Shown here one piece after another: positions 24,080-37,424 of a DNA stretch of 64,000 nt. The notes beneath the pieces are model-generated. The model made no database searches. It had not been told where the DNA came from and saw nothing but the letters and a program-made list of their open reading frames with translations. Each line of letters opens with the position of its first letter. Position 1 is the stretch's first letter. The stretch is from Antechinus flavipes (Eukaryota): NCBI RefSeq assembly GCF_016432865.1, contig NC_067402.1:275776001-275840000 (forward strand), written 5' to 3'. The position numbers were made by a program, and so were the translations under genes.

Positions 24080-24425
24080 ATTTCATCATGAATAAGTAAT
24101 GGCAGGCTAGGTCAAAGGAATGGCAAAGATATAGTTTACCTAGATTTTAGTAAAGCATCTAACAGAGTCTCAAATTCTATTCTTGAAGATAAGAGAGAGA
24201 GATGGACAAGAGGATTCTATAGTTATAAAAAACTGCTAGATTCAGATCTGGTTAAATGGGCAGCTTCAGAGAGTGTCACGCCAGCTGGGAATGTGATCTT
24301 CAGTACATTGCCCCGAGGAGCTGTGCTTTGTATATTCTGTCAATCATTATTTTATAAACGACTCAAATAAAAGCAGAGATGCCATATTAGTGAAATTGGC
24401 ACATGACTTTAGTTTAGGTGGCAGA
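24080..24425 (+). mobile_element. L3/CR1 LINE reverse-transcriptase fragment
   Basis: gatatagtttacctagattttagtaaagca = DIVYLDFSKA; downstream degenerate PQGSVL, INDL and KFADD-like segments. Confidence 0.8.
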
Positions 24426-24479
24426 GTATGAGTCAGTTATGCTGCCATAGTGCCTTAAATATATCTTCATTTTAATTCT

Positions 24480-25012
24480 TTTCCAACTTAGTTGCCAAAG
24501 AAATTGTTCCATAGCACCGACATAATTATAATCTTATTGTTACTCAATAAATTCCACTTGGTCTCTATGAGCTCCAGGATCAAATATAGTCTTCTGGCAT
24601 TTATATCTCTTCACAATCTAATTTTCTGGTCTTTCTACTCTATACTCTACTGGCTGATCCTCACGCTTGACCCTCCATCATTCAACTTCATGTATTTGAT
24701 TGGCCGTCCCCGTCTCTAAAATTCTCTTCCTCCTCCCTGCCCACTCTCAGCTTCCCTGTTTGAATCCCTTCAAGATTCAGCTCAGATCTCACCTTCTTCA
24801 GGAGGACTTGCCCAGTTGACTCTGTTTACCCTTTTCCTCTGTCATTATCTTTCATTTACCCTGTGTAGCTCTTGCACATACATAATTGTTAGCACACTGT
24901 CTCCCCCACGACAGTGGAAGCTCCTTGAGAGCAAGGACCACTTCTGGCCTTTTTTTGAGAAGCTCAGCACTTAGCACAACCCTTGGCACTTAATAAATGA
25001 TTACTGACTGAT
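24480..25012 (+). mobile_element. L2 3' portion
   Basis: aggatcaaatatagtcttctggc...aagctccttgagagcaaggacc...cacttagcacaacccttggcacttataaatgattactgactga. Confidence 0.8.
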
Positions 25013-25068
25013 TGTATGGGAGAATCAAGATTCTAAAAAATTGTGACAGAATCTAAGATAATAAAATT

Positions 25069-26205
25069 TACTACTGTTACTATGACTGCTGCTGCTACTA
25101 CTATTATTACTACAAATATACTGCTTTTGTTGCTATTCACACTACTATTACTACTACTGCTGCTGCTATTACTAATTATTACTACTATTACTATTGTTCT
25201 TATTACTATTACTACTACTACTACCACCACCATTATTACTACTACTGCTCATCCTATTACTAATTACTACTACTACTATTATTACTATTAATACTACAAT
25301 TACTACTACCACTACTAGTGCTGCTGCTATTACTAATTATTACTATGACTATTACTATTGCTCTTATTACTATTACTACTACTACTACTACCACCACTGC
25401 TGCTGCTATTACTAATTATTACTACTACTGTTACTATTGCTTTTATTACTATTATTACTACTACTACTACTACCACTACTATTACCACCACTGCTGGTGC
25501 TATTACTAATTATTACTACTACTATTACTATTGCTCTTACTATTACTACTATTACTGCTGCTGCTTGCTACTGCTACTGCTATTACTACTACTGTTGTTG
25601 CTACTATTACTAATACTACTACCACTACTATGACTACTATCACCATTGCTGCTGCTATTACTAATTACTACTAGTACTATTATTACTATTAATACTACAA
25701 TTACTTCTAGCACTGCTATTACTACTGCTGCTGTTATTTCTAATTACTACTATTATTACTATTAATACTACAATTATTTCTACCACTACTATTACTACTG
25801 CTGCTGCTGCTATTACTACTATTACCACTACTATTACTACTACTGCTGCTACTATTTCTAATTACTATTATTATTACTATTAATACTACAATTACCACTA
25901 CCACCACTATTACTACTACTGCTGCTGCTGCTGCTATTACTAATTTCTACTACTATCACTATTTCTGTTATCACTATTACTACTATTACTGCTACTGCTG
26001 CTATTACCGATTACTACTACTATTACTATTTCTGTTATCACTATCACTACTATTACTGCTGCTGCTGCTATTACTAATTACTACTAGTACTACTATTACT
26101 ATTAATACTACAATTACTACTACCACTACTATTACTATTGCTGCTGCTACTACTACTACTTTGATGGCGACTACTACTACCACTACTATTATTACTACTA
26201 CTACC
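25069..26205. repeat. About 1.14-kb compound (ACT/ATT/GCT/ACC)n array with higher-order units
   Basis: Direct reading; recurring gctattactaatt and attactattaatactacaattact sub-motifs. Confidence 0.95.
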
Positions 26206-26565
26206 AATGATAATGACAGCTAGCATTTAAAAAGCAATTTAGTATTTGCTAAACCATTCACAAATATCATCTTATCTGATCCGCATAACAATCCTGAGAG
26301 GCAGGTGCTATTATTAGTTCCATTGTACAGATGAGAAAACTAAGGTTGTGGTTCAATCTGACTCTTTGTGAGCCATTTCAGGTTTTCTTGGCAAAGATAC
26401 TAGAGTGGTTGGCCATTCCCTTGTCTAACTCATTTTAGAGGCAAAGAAGCTGAGACAAATAGGGATAAGTGATGAGCTCACACAGCTAGTAAGTATCAAG
26501 CTAGACTTGAACTCAGGTCTTCCTGACTCCAGGCTTGGTACTCTACCTACTATGCTACCCAGCTT
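26206..26565 (-). mobile_element. MIR (about 26206-26345) followed by a MAR1-type SINE (about 26350-26565)
   Basis: gacagctagcattt...acagatgagaaaactaagg; then ggttttcttggcaaagatactagagtggttggccattcc...ttgaactcaggtcttcctgactcc. Confidence 0.75.
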
Positions 26566-26739
26566 GCTCTCAAGAAAATTGATGTACAGGGAGGTTAAGT
26601 GAATTGCCCAGAGTTATATAGACAGTAAAATCTCTGAGATTAAATTTGAACTCAAGTCTTCCTCATTCCATATTCAGCCCTCTAATACTTAAAGATAGAA
26701 AAATAAATATATGAATAAACAAAAATTAAAAAAAAACTA

Positions 26740-27870
26740 AAAAAAATCAACTTCATGTGTACAAAAAGGAAGAGGAGTTGTTAAGTGGTAATTCAGCTAA
26801 AAAAGATCTGTGGTTTCTAGTGGTCTGTCCGCCCAATGTGAGTCATCAGTATGATAAAGCAACCAAAGCTCATGCAGTTTTGAACTATATTAAATGATAT
26901 AGTGTCCCGAATTAGAAATGTCATATGTCTCCTGAACTCTGCCCTGGTCAGCCCAAGTCTGGAGGACTGTTTTTAGTGTCTGAGCATATTTTAGGAAAGA
27001 AATTGGTAAACCGGAAAGGGACCAAAGGAAATCTGTGGGGATGATAAAGGCAATGGAAGTCACACTACTTGTGAATTGATTCAAATAATGGAAAATTTCT
27101 AGTTTGGGGAAGAAAAGACTTGGAATGAAGGTGAGGTAACAGGGGAATTGTCTTCAACTGGTCACACAGAAGAGATTACAGGAGTATTGTGTGTGAGGAA
27201 CAGAGAGACAAGGCCAGTTGGACTGCAACTCAGAGAGTATGTGAAGAAATTATACCCTGGAAAGTGGGTTGGGGTCAGGTGGTAAAGGACTTCAAAAGCT
27301 AAGAGAAGTTTACATTTTTTTCTAGATGCAATAGGAACTCACAAGAGTTGATTGAGTAGGACAGTCACATGGTCAGATCTATGTTTAAGGAAAATGACTT
27401 TGGCAGTAGGGAGAAGGATGGAATGGAGTGTAAAGAGATCTGAAACAGAAATCCAAGTAGGAAATTGTTTCAATAATCTAGGCAAGAGGTAATGAGGGCC
27501 TAGACCATGGTGGTGACTTTGGGAGGATAGAATGATCTGCTCCAAGAGATATGGATGTAGAAATGACAGATCTGGCTGGATATGTGGGGTCAGAGAAAGT
27601 CGTGTCAAACACCAAGGTGGGACATGTAGGAGACTGTAAGGGTTGGGATTCCATAGACAGAAATAGAGAAGTTTGGAATAATGGAGGGCTTTGAGTAGGA
27701 CTTCTTAACATAGGGTTAATGAACTTGGTTTTTAAAATATGGTTTAACCTCTCAGATTGACTAGATGACAGAAAAAGATAATGACGATTGTTGGAGGGAA
27801 TATGGGAAAGCTGAATGAGGGAGCTGAAGTTTAAGGAAGAGGCTGGAGCTTCAGAACCAGGAAGAAGCTT
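26740..27870. mobile_element. L3/CR1 3' fragment (+, about 26740-27150) and L2 fragment (-, about 27160-27870)
   Basis: aaaaagatctgtggtttctagtggtc...gccctggtcagcccaagtctggagg (CR1); gagtaggacagtcacatggtcagatctatgtttaaggaaaatgactttggcag (antisense L2). Confidence 0.7.
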
Positions 27871-27969
27871 GAGATGTCTCAAACATCACCTGAAAAATCA
27901 CCTGTCCAGATTCTATCCCTAATATTCACATAGATATTTCACAACTGCCTGCTGTTATCAATAAACACA

Positions 27970-28260
27970 GATGGCCCAGTGGATAGGGCGATGGGCCTGG
28001 AATCAGGAAGGCTCATCTTCATGAGTTCAAATGGGCCTCAGATACTCTCTTGTTATGTGAGCCTTGGTAGTCACTTCACCATATTGGCTCAGTTTCCTCA
28101 TTTTAACAAGGATATGGGGAAGGGATATATGAGAAGGAAATAGCAAATCACTCCAGTATCTCTGTCAAGAAAACCCCAAATGGGGTCCTATGATTAACTG
28201 TCCCTTCCCACGTGAATGCAATGAATAAACAATGACAACAACAATAACAATAACAAATCA
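27970..28260 (+). mobile_element. MAR1-type SINE
   Basis: cagtggatagggcgatgggcctggaatcaggaaggctcatcttcatgagttcaaat...gaaggaaatagcaaatcactccagtatc...gaaaaccccaaatggggtc. Confidence 0.8.
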
Positions 28261-28269
28261 ATAAATGTC

Positions 28270-28470
28270 CAGGGATGCCCTGAAGCCAGTTCAAACTAAA
28301 TACAAAAAAAAAAAAAAAAACCTTGTAGAATTTTCAGTGGGAACATTCATATTTTGAAAATTAGAAATGCTACAGATCAGAGCTTGATTTTTGTTATATT
28401 TATTATCTAGATTTAAAGTCATGGAAAAAACACTAATAATATGGCATCAACTTAAAAGTGTATTCAGTGT
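28270..28470. mobile_element. Possible hAT-type non-autonomous DNA transposon relic
   Basis: aattttcagtgggaacatt...gctacagatcagagcttgattt...aacttaaaagtgt resembles marsupial MER/hAT relics from memory only. Confidence 0.3.
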
Positions 28471-29658
28471 TTTGGAATGTCAGTTGTTAGACGTTTTCCA
28501 GGACTCCTCTGTATATGTCTCAGCTCTCATACATGATGACTTTGACTCTGATTAAGTTACATAATCTTCCCGTGTGCTAGGCAACTCTCTAAGATGTAGA
28601 GAAAGGACATCCTGCTTTGGTCTAGAATTTCCTGTCCTGGAATATCAAGGAATTCACAACTCCAGGCCAATCCTGATTTACGTGGAACAACAGAGGATCC
28701 TATTTTGGAGGCTTGGAGGTGAGAAGGGACAGTTAATCCATGGGAAGTTAAAAATGATTTTTTAGAAAGAGAAAAACATTAATTACACACGTACACCGAA
28801 AAAGTGAAGAAGGTGAACAGAAAAGCCTCCAAGAGAGAGAGGCTTTGGGGTCACCCATGAGTAGGAAACAGAAGGTATTGGACCAACCAACAAAGGAGAT
28901 TAAGAAGATTTAGTCAGACAGGTAGGAAGCTAACCAGAGTAGCTGTGCTTACAAGAACTAATCTAGTAGTTAATCTGGTGATGGAGTCTTCATGAATAAG
29001 GGGCACTAGGTCTTTCCAGCTTGGAAACACTTGCCAGGACTTGGAATTCTCTACCTTACCCTTGCAGTATCTAAGGTGACTTTCATATAGGATCATAGAT
29101 TTAGAGCTAGAAGTGATTTTAGAGATCATGGAGCTCCATCCTCTCATTTTATAGAAAAGAAACTGAGGTAAATCACTTCATTCTCTTTTCTTATCTATAA
29201 AGGAGATAGGAGAAGAAAATGGCAGTATCTTTGCCATGAACACGCCAAATGAGGTCACAGAGAATCAGAAACATTTAAAACAACTATACACAATTGCAGA
29301 CTGAGAGAAGTGATTTGTTCAGGGCCGTAGTAAGTGACTGAAGTGAGATTCAGATCCATCTTATTGATTCTAAATTCATTTTCATAGGATCATAGGTTTA
29401 GAACTAGAAGGAATAATAGGATAAAGAAACTGAGAAAAAGAAATAGTGACTTATTCTGAGTTGTATAGTTAGTAAGTATCTGAGGTAAGATTTGAATGCA
29501 GGTCTTCCTTACTCTGAAGTCAGCCCTAATTCAACTTTACCATGTATAGCCTCAATCCACAACATGATGTGAGTGCGAGAGATTCGTAGCAAGAATAATG
29601 TGATAGGCTATTTTCACATGCGTTCAGATCAGACATCGGGAATGTTCCAAGACCTTAC

Positions 29659-29735
29659 AAATATTTATTTTTGGAAGATTTTTTCATCGAGAGTTGAGCG
29701 CTCTCTCAGTTTTCTGTTGTGTTATTCCTGGTAGT
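29659..29735 (-). other. Candidate exon G (77 nt; alternative donor would extend it to 29541)
   Basis: Strong tgtttttccttatgcag acceptor, TTT|gtaagg donor; local CpG cluster at 29570-29700; all incoming frames closed. Confidence 0.35.
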
Positions 29736-30315
29736 CTGCATAAGGAAAAACATCTGCTTTTATTTCTCTCCTTTGACAAGGTTTCTAAATATTTGTACGT
29801 TAGAGAAAATGATGATAATTGTACAAGGTTTTGAATGTGAAGGAAAAAAAGAGGTTTTGCAAGCTAGCCTGATAATAGTTATTGTATAGGGAAACAACTA
29901 AAAAAAAAAACCCTAGAAAACAAAAATGGGGGAGATTTCAGGGGTCAGCTAGTCAAAGCCCTCATTTTACACATGAGTAAACTGAGACCCAGGGAAATGA
30001 AGGGATACACAATTTGTAACCCAATCTAATGATGCTTTTTTAAATAATTAAAAAAATAACCATCTTTTAAAATATTTTAATAATCTTTTAGAAATTATGT
30101 AATACTTTGTTTCATCCCCATCACATTGAACTATTTTTTAATCCTTATAATCATCGAAAAAAATCAAATAAGTATGTGAACATGCCAAATATGGACTTGC
30201 CATTTTCATGTTATTTAACAAAATGGAACCCAAAAATGAATGGGTAACAAGTGAAAGCAGCATTTGCCAATTTTCCCTTCTGGGTTGGTCTGGGAAGACA
30301 GAGAATGATGCATAC

Positions 30316-30455
30316 CTTCCTCGTTTGGGCAAACAAATACGTACAAGGGAAGAAGGTTTTTAATGTTGCCAGATGTAGGTGTTGAATTGTTTGAGATTTT
30401 CCTTGTGGCACTTCCCCCCAACTTAGAAAGTGGGTCCCCCAGAGAATAATTACAC
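30316..30455 (-). other. Candidate exon F (140 nt)
   Basis: tccatccaaccccacag acceptor, AAG|gtatgc donor; two frames open. Confidence 0.3.
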
Positions 30456-31269
30456 CTGTGGGGTTGGATGGACATTCTGTAACATCTATAAGATGAGGGA
30501 TTGGCCTAAATGACTTATAAAGTCCCTTCCAGTGCTAAATCTATGTTCCTATGATCCTATGATTGATCATGTCTGATAGTTACATGCATGAGTCCATATC
30601 CATACTTCCCCATCTTAGCAAACAAAGGAGGAAAGCACATTTTCTCAATTTTCCCCCAGGGCCAAGCTTTGTCATAAAATCTAGTAGATTCTTTAAATAT
30701 ACAAATGGACATTCATTTATTTCATCAATTCAGTAGCTATTTATTAAGTTGTTACTATGTGCTATATATCGCTCTGGGAAAGGTAAAAAGAGAATTACAT
30801 GGATCGAACAACTCTCTTGGATCTTACATGGATCTTAAAATTCAATAACTGATGAGACATAATTTTATAGATCTGAGTTTACTATCAAGGATACTCAATC
30901 CAGTAGTCTACCTCTAACAAGAACACAGAGGAATATTTTGTGAGAAAAAAGTTTATTTTCAAAAATTAGAAATATATTCCAAAATATCCCTCATACTTCT
31001 TAAACACATGTGATGGATCTGCCATCCATAAACTTATCTAAAGCCTTCTTGATCCTAGTTCCATTTTTGTTCTGGACCATTCCTCAGAGTAACTGAATAC
31101 TTTATAATATTATATAAATAAAACAAATATAAATAAAGAAACAAAAGAAATAAGTGATAAAATAAATAATTGTATAATAATTTATAACATTTAATAAATA
31201 ATAGAATAAGTTAAAGCAATAATATTAAGTAATTAAAATAAAAACATTTAGCATATATACGTGTATATA

Positions 31270-31530
31270 TGTAATATATATTGAGGCAGCTTTAAGGTTT
31301 GCAAAATGTTTTTTTATTATCAAATTTTTATTCTCACAGCAACCTTCAGAAGTAGGTGCTACTATTTTCTCTATTTTCCAGATGAAGAAATGGAGACAGA
31401 TAAAAGTGAAGTTACTTGCCAAGGCTCACACTTAATGACAAGTGAGTGTCCCTATAGCAAGGTTCAAACTCAGATCTTCTTGACTCCTGGTTTAGAACTC
31501 TATTCATTGCACTGTTTAGCTGCCCCTGGG
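31270..31530 (-). mobile_element. MIR
   Basis: ctttaaggtttgcaaaatg...ctcacagcaacc...cagatgaagaaatggagacag...aaggttcaaactcagatcttc. Confidence 0.75.
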
Positions 31531-31759
31531 TATATTATAGATTTTCAGAATTAGAAAGAGCCTTGAGGTCCATCTAATCTAACTCACATGTGAAGAAGAA
31601 CCCCCTATACAACATAGCCAAAAAGTCACTCTTTATTCTTTGCTCAGAAACTTATAAGCAGGGAGAAAACAACTACTCCCTAAGACAGCCCTTCAAATTC
31701 CTGGATGCATCTGTGATTTATCCCTTATCTTCTATTTACTAGGCTAAGTATCCCTACTT

Positions 31760-32380
31760 GGAGGGCATTCTAGCAATACAGATGAGTAAGACATTTGTAA
31801 AAGCTCATTCACCACCTCAAAACAGCTAGAAATGTGCCAAAAAAACTAAAAGAAAAAAAAACAACTAAAAAAGAGGAAGTCAAATAAATTCCCCATAGAC
31901 AAAAATAGCAGAGTGATGGAAGACATAAGTGAGCAAAGCCAAAAACAAAATGGTCTCAATACAATGAAGAAATACCATGGGATGTAAGGATGCCAGTTCT
32001 CCAGTAGAACTCAATGATTTTGCAATAACTAGTTCTAGAACCCAAAAAATAAAAAGGACTGGTTATAAGAACTTGTTAGCAAGATTAGAAGACCCAATAA
32101 AAGAATCTAAGGAAGAGTTATGGAGTGAAGTGAGAGCTCCTGATGAAAAAACTCAAAAGGAAAATAAACATTTTAGAACAGAAGCTGGAAAACCCTAGCA
32201 AAGCAGTGAACAGCATGAAAGGAAAAATAACAGAGGAGCTGTAAATCAAAGCTACAATGATACAAGAAGAATCTTTAGCGTAAAATTGGAAGAATGTATA
32301 TTTACTATCAAAATCTATTTGCCTGGAAAACAGAGCTGCTAAGGAAAACCTATGAATCATCAGCCTCCAAAAAAAGCTTG
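31760..32380 (+). mobile_element. Degenerate L1/HAL1-like ORF1 5' fragment
   Basis: A-rich, coiled-coil-like translation (NLLARLEDPIKESKEELWSEVRAPDEKTQKENKH). Confidence 0.5.
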
Positions 32381-32479
32381 TTATAAAAAACAAAAACTTG
32401 AATACCATTTTATAGGAAATCATAAAAGAAAAGTGTCCAGAAATATTGGAACCAGAGGGCCAAACATGGAAAGTCTGGT

Positions 32480-32680
32480 ACAGAGGAAGCAATACTGTGC
32501 TTGGAATCAGACGATCTGCATTCACCTTTATGACTTGAGCAAATTCCTTCTATTTCTAGGGACTTCAATTTGCATTTATAAAATGAGGGGTTTGGACCAG
32601 ATGATTTTTATCTAAATCTATGTTCTAGGTCCTATGTTCTAAATCTAGAACCTAGGTTCTAGGTTCTAAATCTATGATCC
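32480..32680 (+). mobile_element. MIR/MIR3 with an amplified tail (tctaaatctatgttctagg variants)
   Basis: atgacttgagcaaattcc...taaaatgaggggtttggaccagatga...tctaaatctatg. Confidence 0.7.
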
Positions 32681-33453
32681 TAAGTCCAATCATCTAATCC
32701 ATATGATGCTATCCCAGAGGAATCCCAGTAGATTAGTTAGAAGCAATGTAAATTATAAAAATATTAATATATATATGCATATACATATATAAATACAATT
32801 ATCTAGTACAGGTTTAATTTTTCAAAAGGGGAAAAAAGAAATATAACAAGATTTAATGGATTAAGCAAACTTACTAGTTACAATCATGAAATCAAGTGGT
32901 TTAAACTTGCCTATAAAATGGAAGAAAGTGGCAGAATGAATGGAGGTATGCAGAACCCTAGAGTTTGCTACAGATGGACTAGAAACATATTTAAAACATC
33001 AAGATTCAAACTTCCAATTCATAAAGATTCAAACTTCAAACTCAACTTATGAATACCAACTATCTGTATCCTATCATTGGGGCTGACACATTTTAACCTT
33101 GAAAGCCAATACAATTCAAATATTATGCAACAACAACAAAATTCAAACCTTCATGTCTTCCCCCATTGGTTTTTTGAACCCAAGTTCATTTGTCACAAGA
33201 GTCTTCTTGGAGGTAGGAAGCATCCTATACAGCCGCAGTTCTCAAAGGCTGCACTATGAGCTCTCACCAGGTACCCTATAAATCTCATGGAATATGCTCT
33301 TGAATTCACGTGTTTTGAATCTCTTGACCCTCCTGTAATATGCCTCAGTTCTCCATGGCAAAGAATAACAATTTCCTGAGGGGGAAAATGTTTTAGAACC
33401 ATTTCTGTGTAGTATCACTGGAGGCAGAGGTCAGTGATTGCCTCAGAGCTCAC

Positions 33454-33560
33454 CCTCATTGTTTCTTCCAAAAGAGATGCTGGTAATTACATGGGTAACT
33501 CTGCCTAGATTTCCAGTGCTTTGATGTCATTTCTTGTCTTTTCTCAGAAGATCTGGGGGT
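33454..33560 (-). other. Candidate exon E (107 nt)
   Basis: tcatttagtttacccacag acceptor, AGG|gtgagc donor; all three frames contain stops. Confidence 0.3.
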
Positions 33561-35399
33561 CTGTGGGTAAACTAAATGAATTTGCCTCCAGTCACACACA
33601 TGCTTGTGTTCTTCCAAGCCAGTAAGAGGGATCAGGGCCAGTGGATGAAGCAAGGGTAGGAAGGTCAAAAGGTTATTGTTAATGGGGAGGGGAACTGCTA
33701 ATAATTTGGCTAGCCCTGCGTATTTTCTTGAGGATATTTCTGAGGCTGGACTCTCTCTATATAAACCCACCAAGAGTATGCACATACCCCAACCATCATA
33801 ACAGACCTGTTAGAAATAGGGTCATTTCTCTAGAACTTTGTATGTCAGCCATAAAATTTATTGTGCAATATAGTTTATCCATCTGTTTAAACCATCCTGT
33901 TGTAAGCCCCTGGACACACTCCTTGGGAATAGAAAACATACTCAACTAATTTTCAGTTTCACATAAATTCTATGAAAACAAATAAAAGAATGAAATCTCA
34001 GAATTTCTCTATTCTTTTCTGCCACATGTGTTTCTTTGAGGTTTAATAATATTATAAATAAAGCAGCTTCAAGAGGGAACACAAAACAGTGAATACCGAT
34101 TTAAAAGAATCTGGAAACAGTGAACTTTCTCCATATACCACTGTGCGGGGGATGGTAAGCAGAGCAAAGATTCTTATTAGTTGTATAGAGAAACCAGAAA
34201 TACTGGCTTGGCATTAAACTGATTTCTTTACAGCTGTACATTGGCATTCAAATATTTTTTTAATTCTTAAGTTCCCAAGGAAATGAAAAAAAGTGAATTT
34301 CAGTCATATATACTTATATACAAATCTGCTCTACCTTATTCCAAACATTTCCTAAACCCTTTATGAAACAAGTTTTTCTCTTGACTCCTCTCCTTTCTTC
34401 TTCTCTTCTCTCTTTTGTTTTTTCTTTCTTCTTTTCTTTTTCCCTTTCTCTCCTCTCTCTCCTATTTATTTTCCTATTCCCACTTAAAATAAAGATTTCA
34501 ATCTATTCATTTCACCAATATAAACATTTGAACAACTTCCCACACTTTCACTTGGATAATCTATTTTCTGACTTCTTTAGTTGTGTCAAATATGTTTTAG
34601 CATTCCTTTCGATGAGATTTTAATAATTTTGAAAGACATTTCACAGTGGGATACTGGAATGCCAGGGACACTCTCAAGTATTGTGTTATAGTCTAAGTCA
34701 TCATACAATGTAGTTTTCTGGCTTATCTCAACCTTTCTGACTTAAGGGCAGGCACTAGTTTCTGTGATCATGTTAAACACCTCTTTTAGCCTTGGAAGTT
34801 TGGACATGAGTTAAATAATCACTCTTCTAATCTCGGATTGTGTGATATATTATGGAATAAGGTCTTTAGATGAGTCCTTGATAGTATGCTGTAAGAAATG
34901 ATCAATAGGAAGAATTCAGAGAAACATACAAAGATTTGTAAGAATGATGCACTGTGTTACACTCCCTGTGTATAAGGAGAAAAATAATACACAATGTTTT
35001 TTAGGGGTGGGGCTCTGGACTGTGATTTCATTGGTGTGGGGAACTTTTGATGTAGAAATTCTCTCCACCAATGCAGATCAATAATTTTCTATAACTTAAA
35101 GTCTTAAAGTGATTTGTACAGGGAGACACAGACAGCATGTGTTAAAGGTGAGACTTACATCCAGGTCTCTCTGACTTAGAGGTCAGTTCTCTGTTCATTA
35201 CACCATATTCCTTTTGGTAATACAGATAAAAAGAATATTAAAATGAAGCCAGGTACCATATAACTGTAATGAGGTATCTTGACTCAGGAGAGGAGATAAA
35301 TAAGTAACTTTCACCTTTTGGTAATGAGATTATTGGATCACAGGATTATGGGGAGAGAGTCCATGATTTTAAAAAAAATTATCTTGATATCTGAAAAAT

Positions 35400-36150
35400 G
35401 TTTTAGGTCATTATTGATTAGAGAAATGAAAATTAAAGCTATTCTGAGATACCTCTCACACTTATCAGATCGGCTAAAATGATAGAAGAAAATGACGCAT
35501 TTTGTATAGGATATAGAAAAATTGGAACACTGATATACTGTTGGTGGAATTGTGAACTGACCCAGTCATTTTGGAGAGCAACTTGGAATTATGTCCAGAA
35601 TTATAAAATTGTGCATACCCTTTGACCCAGCAATACAACTATTAAGTCTGTTTCCCAAGGTTATCAAGAGAAAACAACCCACACATTCAAAAATATTTAT
35701 AGCAGCTATTTGTAATGTCAAAGAATTAGAAATTAAGGGGATGTCTATTAACTGAGGAATGGCTGAACAAATTTTGGTATGAGCTTGTGATGGAAAACTG
35801 TTCTGTACAAAATGATGAACGGATTGGTTTTAGAAAAACATGAAAAAACTTGCATGAAATCATAAAAAGTGAAATGAACAGAACTAAGAGAATGTTGTAG
35901 ACAGTATTTTGTATTATTTGAAGAGAGATGGTTAAGGACTAAGCTATTCTGAATAATATAATCATTCAAATCAACTACAAAGGATTTGTGAAGGGAAATA
36001 CTATTCACCTTCAGAAAAAGAACTGATATATGGAAGTTTGTATTGTACATACATTAGTCAAATGATGACCTTCTCTAATGTGGGGAAGGGAGAGAGGTAG
36101 ATAACTTAGAACTCAAAATGTAACAAAAATCAATAAAAATATTTTGATAA
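35400..36150 (+). mobile_element. L1 3' end (C-terminus of ORF2 and 3' UTR)
   Basis: gaaatgaaaattaaagctattctgagatacctctcacacttatcagatcggc...tgttggtggaattgtgaactga...cataccctttgacccagcaata. Confidence 0.9.
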
Positions 36151-36649
36151 CTGAACTTTAATATAATTAGTTTCCTTATATTACTATTTTATTTTATTCA
36201 TTTAAAAACATTTCAAGAAGATGTCAATAGGCTTTACCAAATGGTTAAAGGAGTCCATGATAAAAAAATGTTAAGGCTCCTTGGACTAGACACTTGGAAG
36301 ACAGGTAAGTTCAGTATTCTGCCAAGACACTGACCTTTAGAACCCCACAAAGAGTTAAACCTTAGAGGAATTTCATGAGGATTCCACAAATGACTTCCAG
36401 TGATCAAGAAGATTTCCAATAATCAAGAACTGTGAGAGTTTATCCTTTGGCTACATGAACTTTGTTCATGTATTTTCCTTTTAAGGGAATGTGTATACAA
36501 GGGAACCACATGGCTTTGGTTTGGAGGTAATGGTAACAACTGTCCCTAACTATATTTGTATCATAAATAGCTCTTTGTAAAAACTAATTAAGTCTGTCAG
36601 GTAAAGTGGTCATCAATAAAGACTCTGCTGTGGCTTATGAACAACTGTG

Positions 36650-36803
36650 ATATGTACATATAGATGCATATTATATATGTATATATATATACATACACAC
36701 ATATACACCCATACACATATGTATATATGTGTTTAAATATGTAAATAATATAAATTTTATTTATACTTTATATATATACTATATATGTGTGTGTGTATGA
36801 GTG

Positions 36804-36850
<47 letters not shown>
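36650..36850. repeat. (TA)n/(TG)n/(CA)n compound microsatellite
   Basis: Direct reading. Confidence 0.9.
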
Positions 36851-36853
<3 letters not shown>

Positions 36854-37424
36854 ATCCCAACCCACAAGGTTCATTTTAGAATCTGAGGGAAAAAGTAGTC
36901 AGTTGTTTCAGGGAACCAAATCAATCACAAAGTTAGAGTTGGAAAAGTGGTCTCAGATTGGGTGCTGCAGAATTTTAAATTTGTAACTGGAAATAACCTT
37001 AGAAATCATCTAGTCCACCCTTCTCATTTTACAAATTAAGAAAATGAGGTGCAGAAAAATGATTTATATATGATCACATAACTAGTAGGTGACACAGCTG
37101 CCATTTGCTAAATTAGTCGGGTTCATAAAAATTTGTTGTTATAAGAGAGGAATCATTTGGTTGGGCATGGGATGGAATCCTCATCTAGAAATAAGTGGAA
37201 AACAAAAGCTAGAAATAAAACATTTTCTCTTTTTTCTTAAGAAGAAAAATAAGAAAGCATCCCAGTCAAAAAGAAAGAATACATCATCTACCCTTTCTTA
37301 CATGAAAATTGTAAAAAAATTTATTCCCCCCAAACCCATTGAATAAACACAATTGAAAAAAAAAAACAAAAACAAAGTCAAAAAGAAAACAAAATGCCAT
37401 AAAAATTAAGGTCCCATAATAAGT

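Noticed and set aside
25069-26205. Rsx-like repeat lncRNA domain
   Set aside because: The unit is trinucleotide-based and only about 1.1 kb; no evidence of X linkage or exonic status.
25033-26207. Mucin-like poly-Thr, poly-Leu and poly-Val ORFs
   Set aside because: They come from the trinucleotide array; the frame shifts every 70-160 bp and there are no splice or start signals.
25069-26345. Trinucleotide array as an expanded tail of the adjacent MIR
   Set aside because: An antisense MIR tail would read (AAT)n on this strand, whereas the array is (ACT/ATT)n.
32645-32662. 18-bp perfect palindrome ctagaacctaggttctag
   Set aside because: Part of an amplified MIR tail repeat; no independent sign of function.
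36285-36310. Very strong plus-strand donor CAG|gtaagt
   Set aside because: No convincing acceptor or promoter upstream; isolated donors are common.
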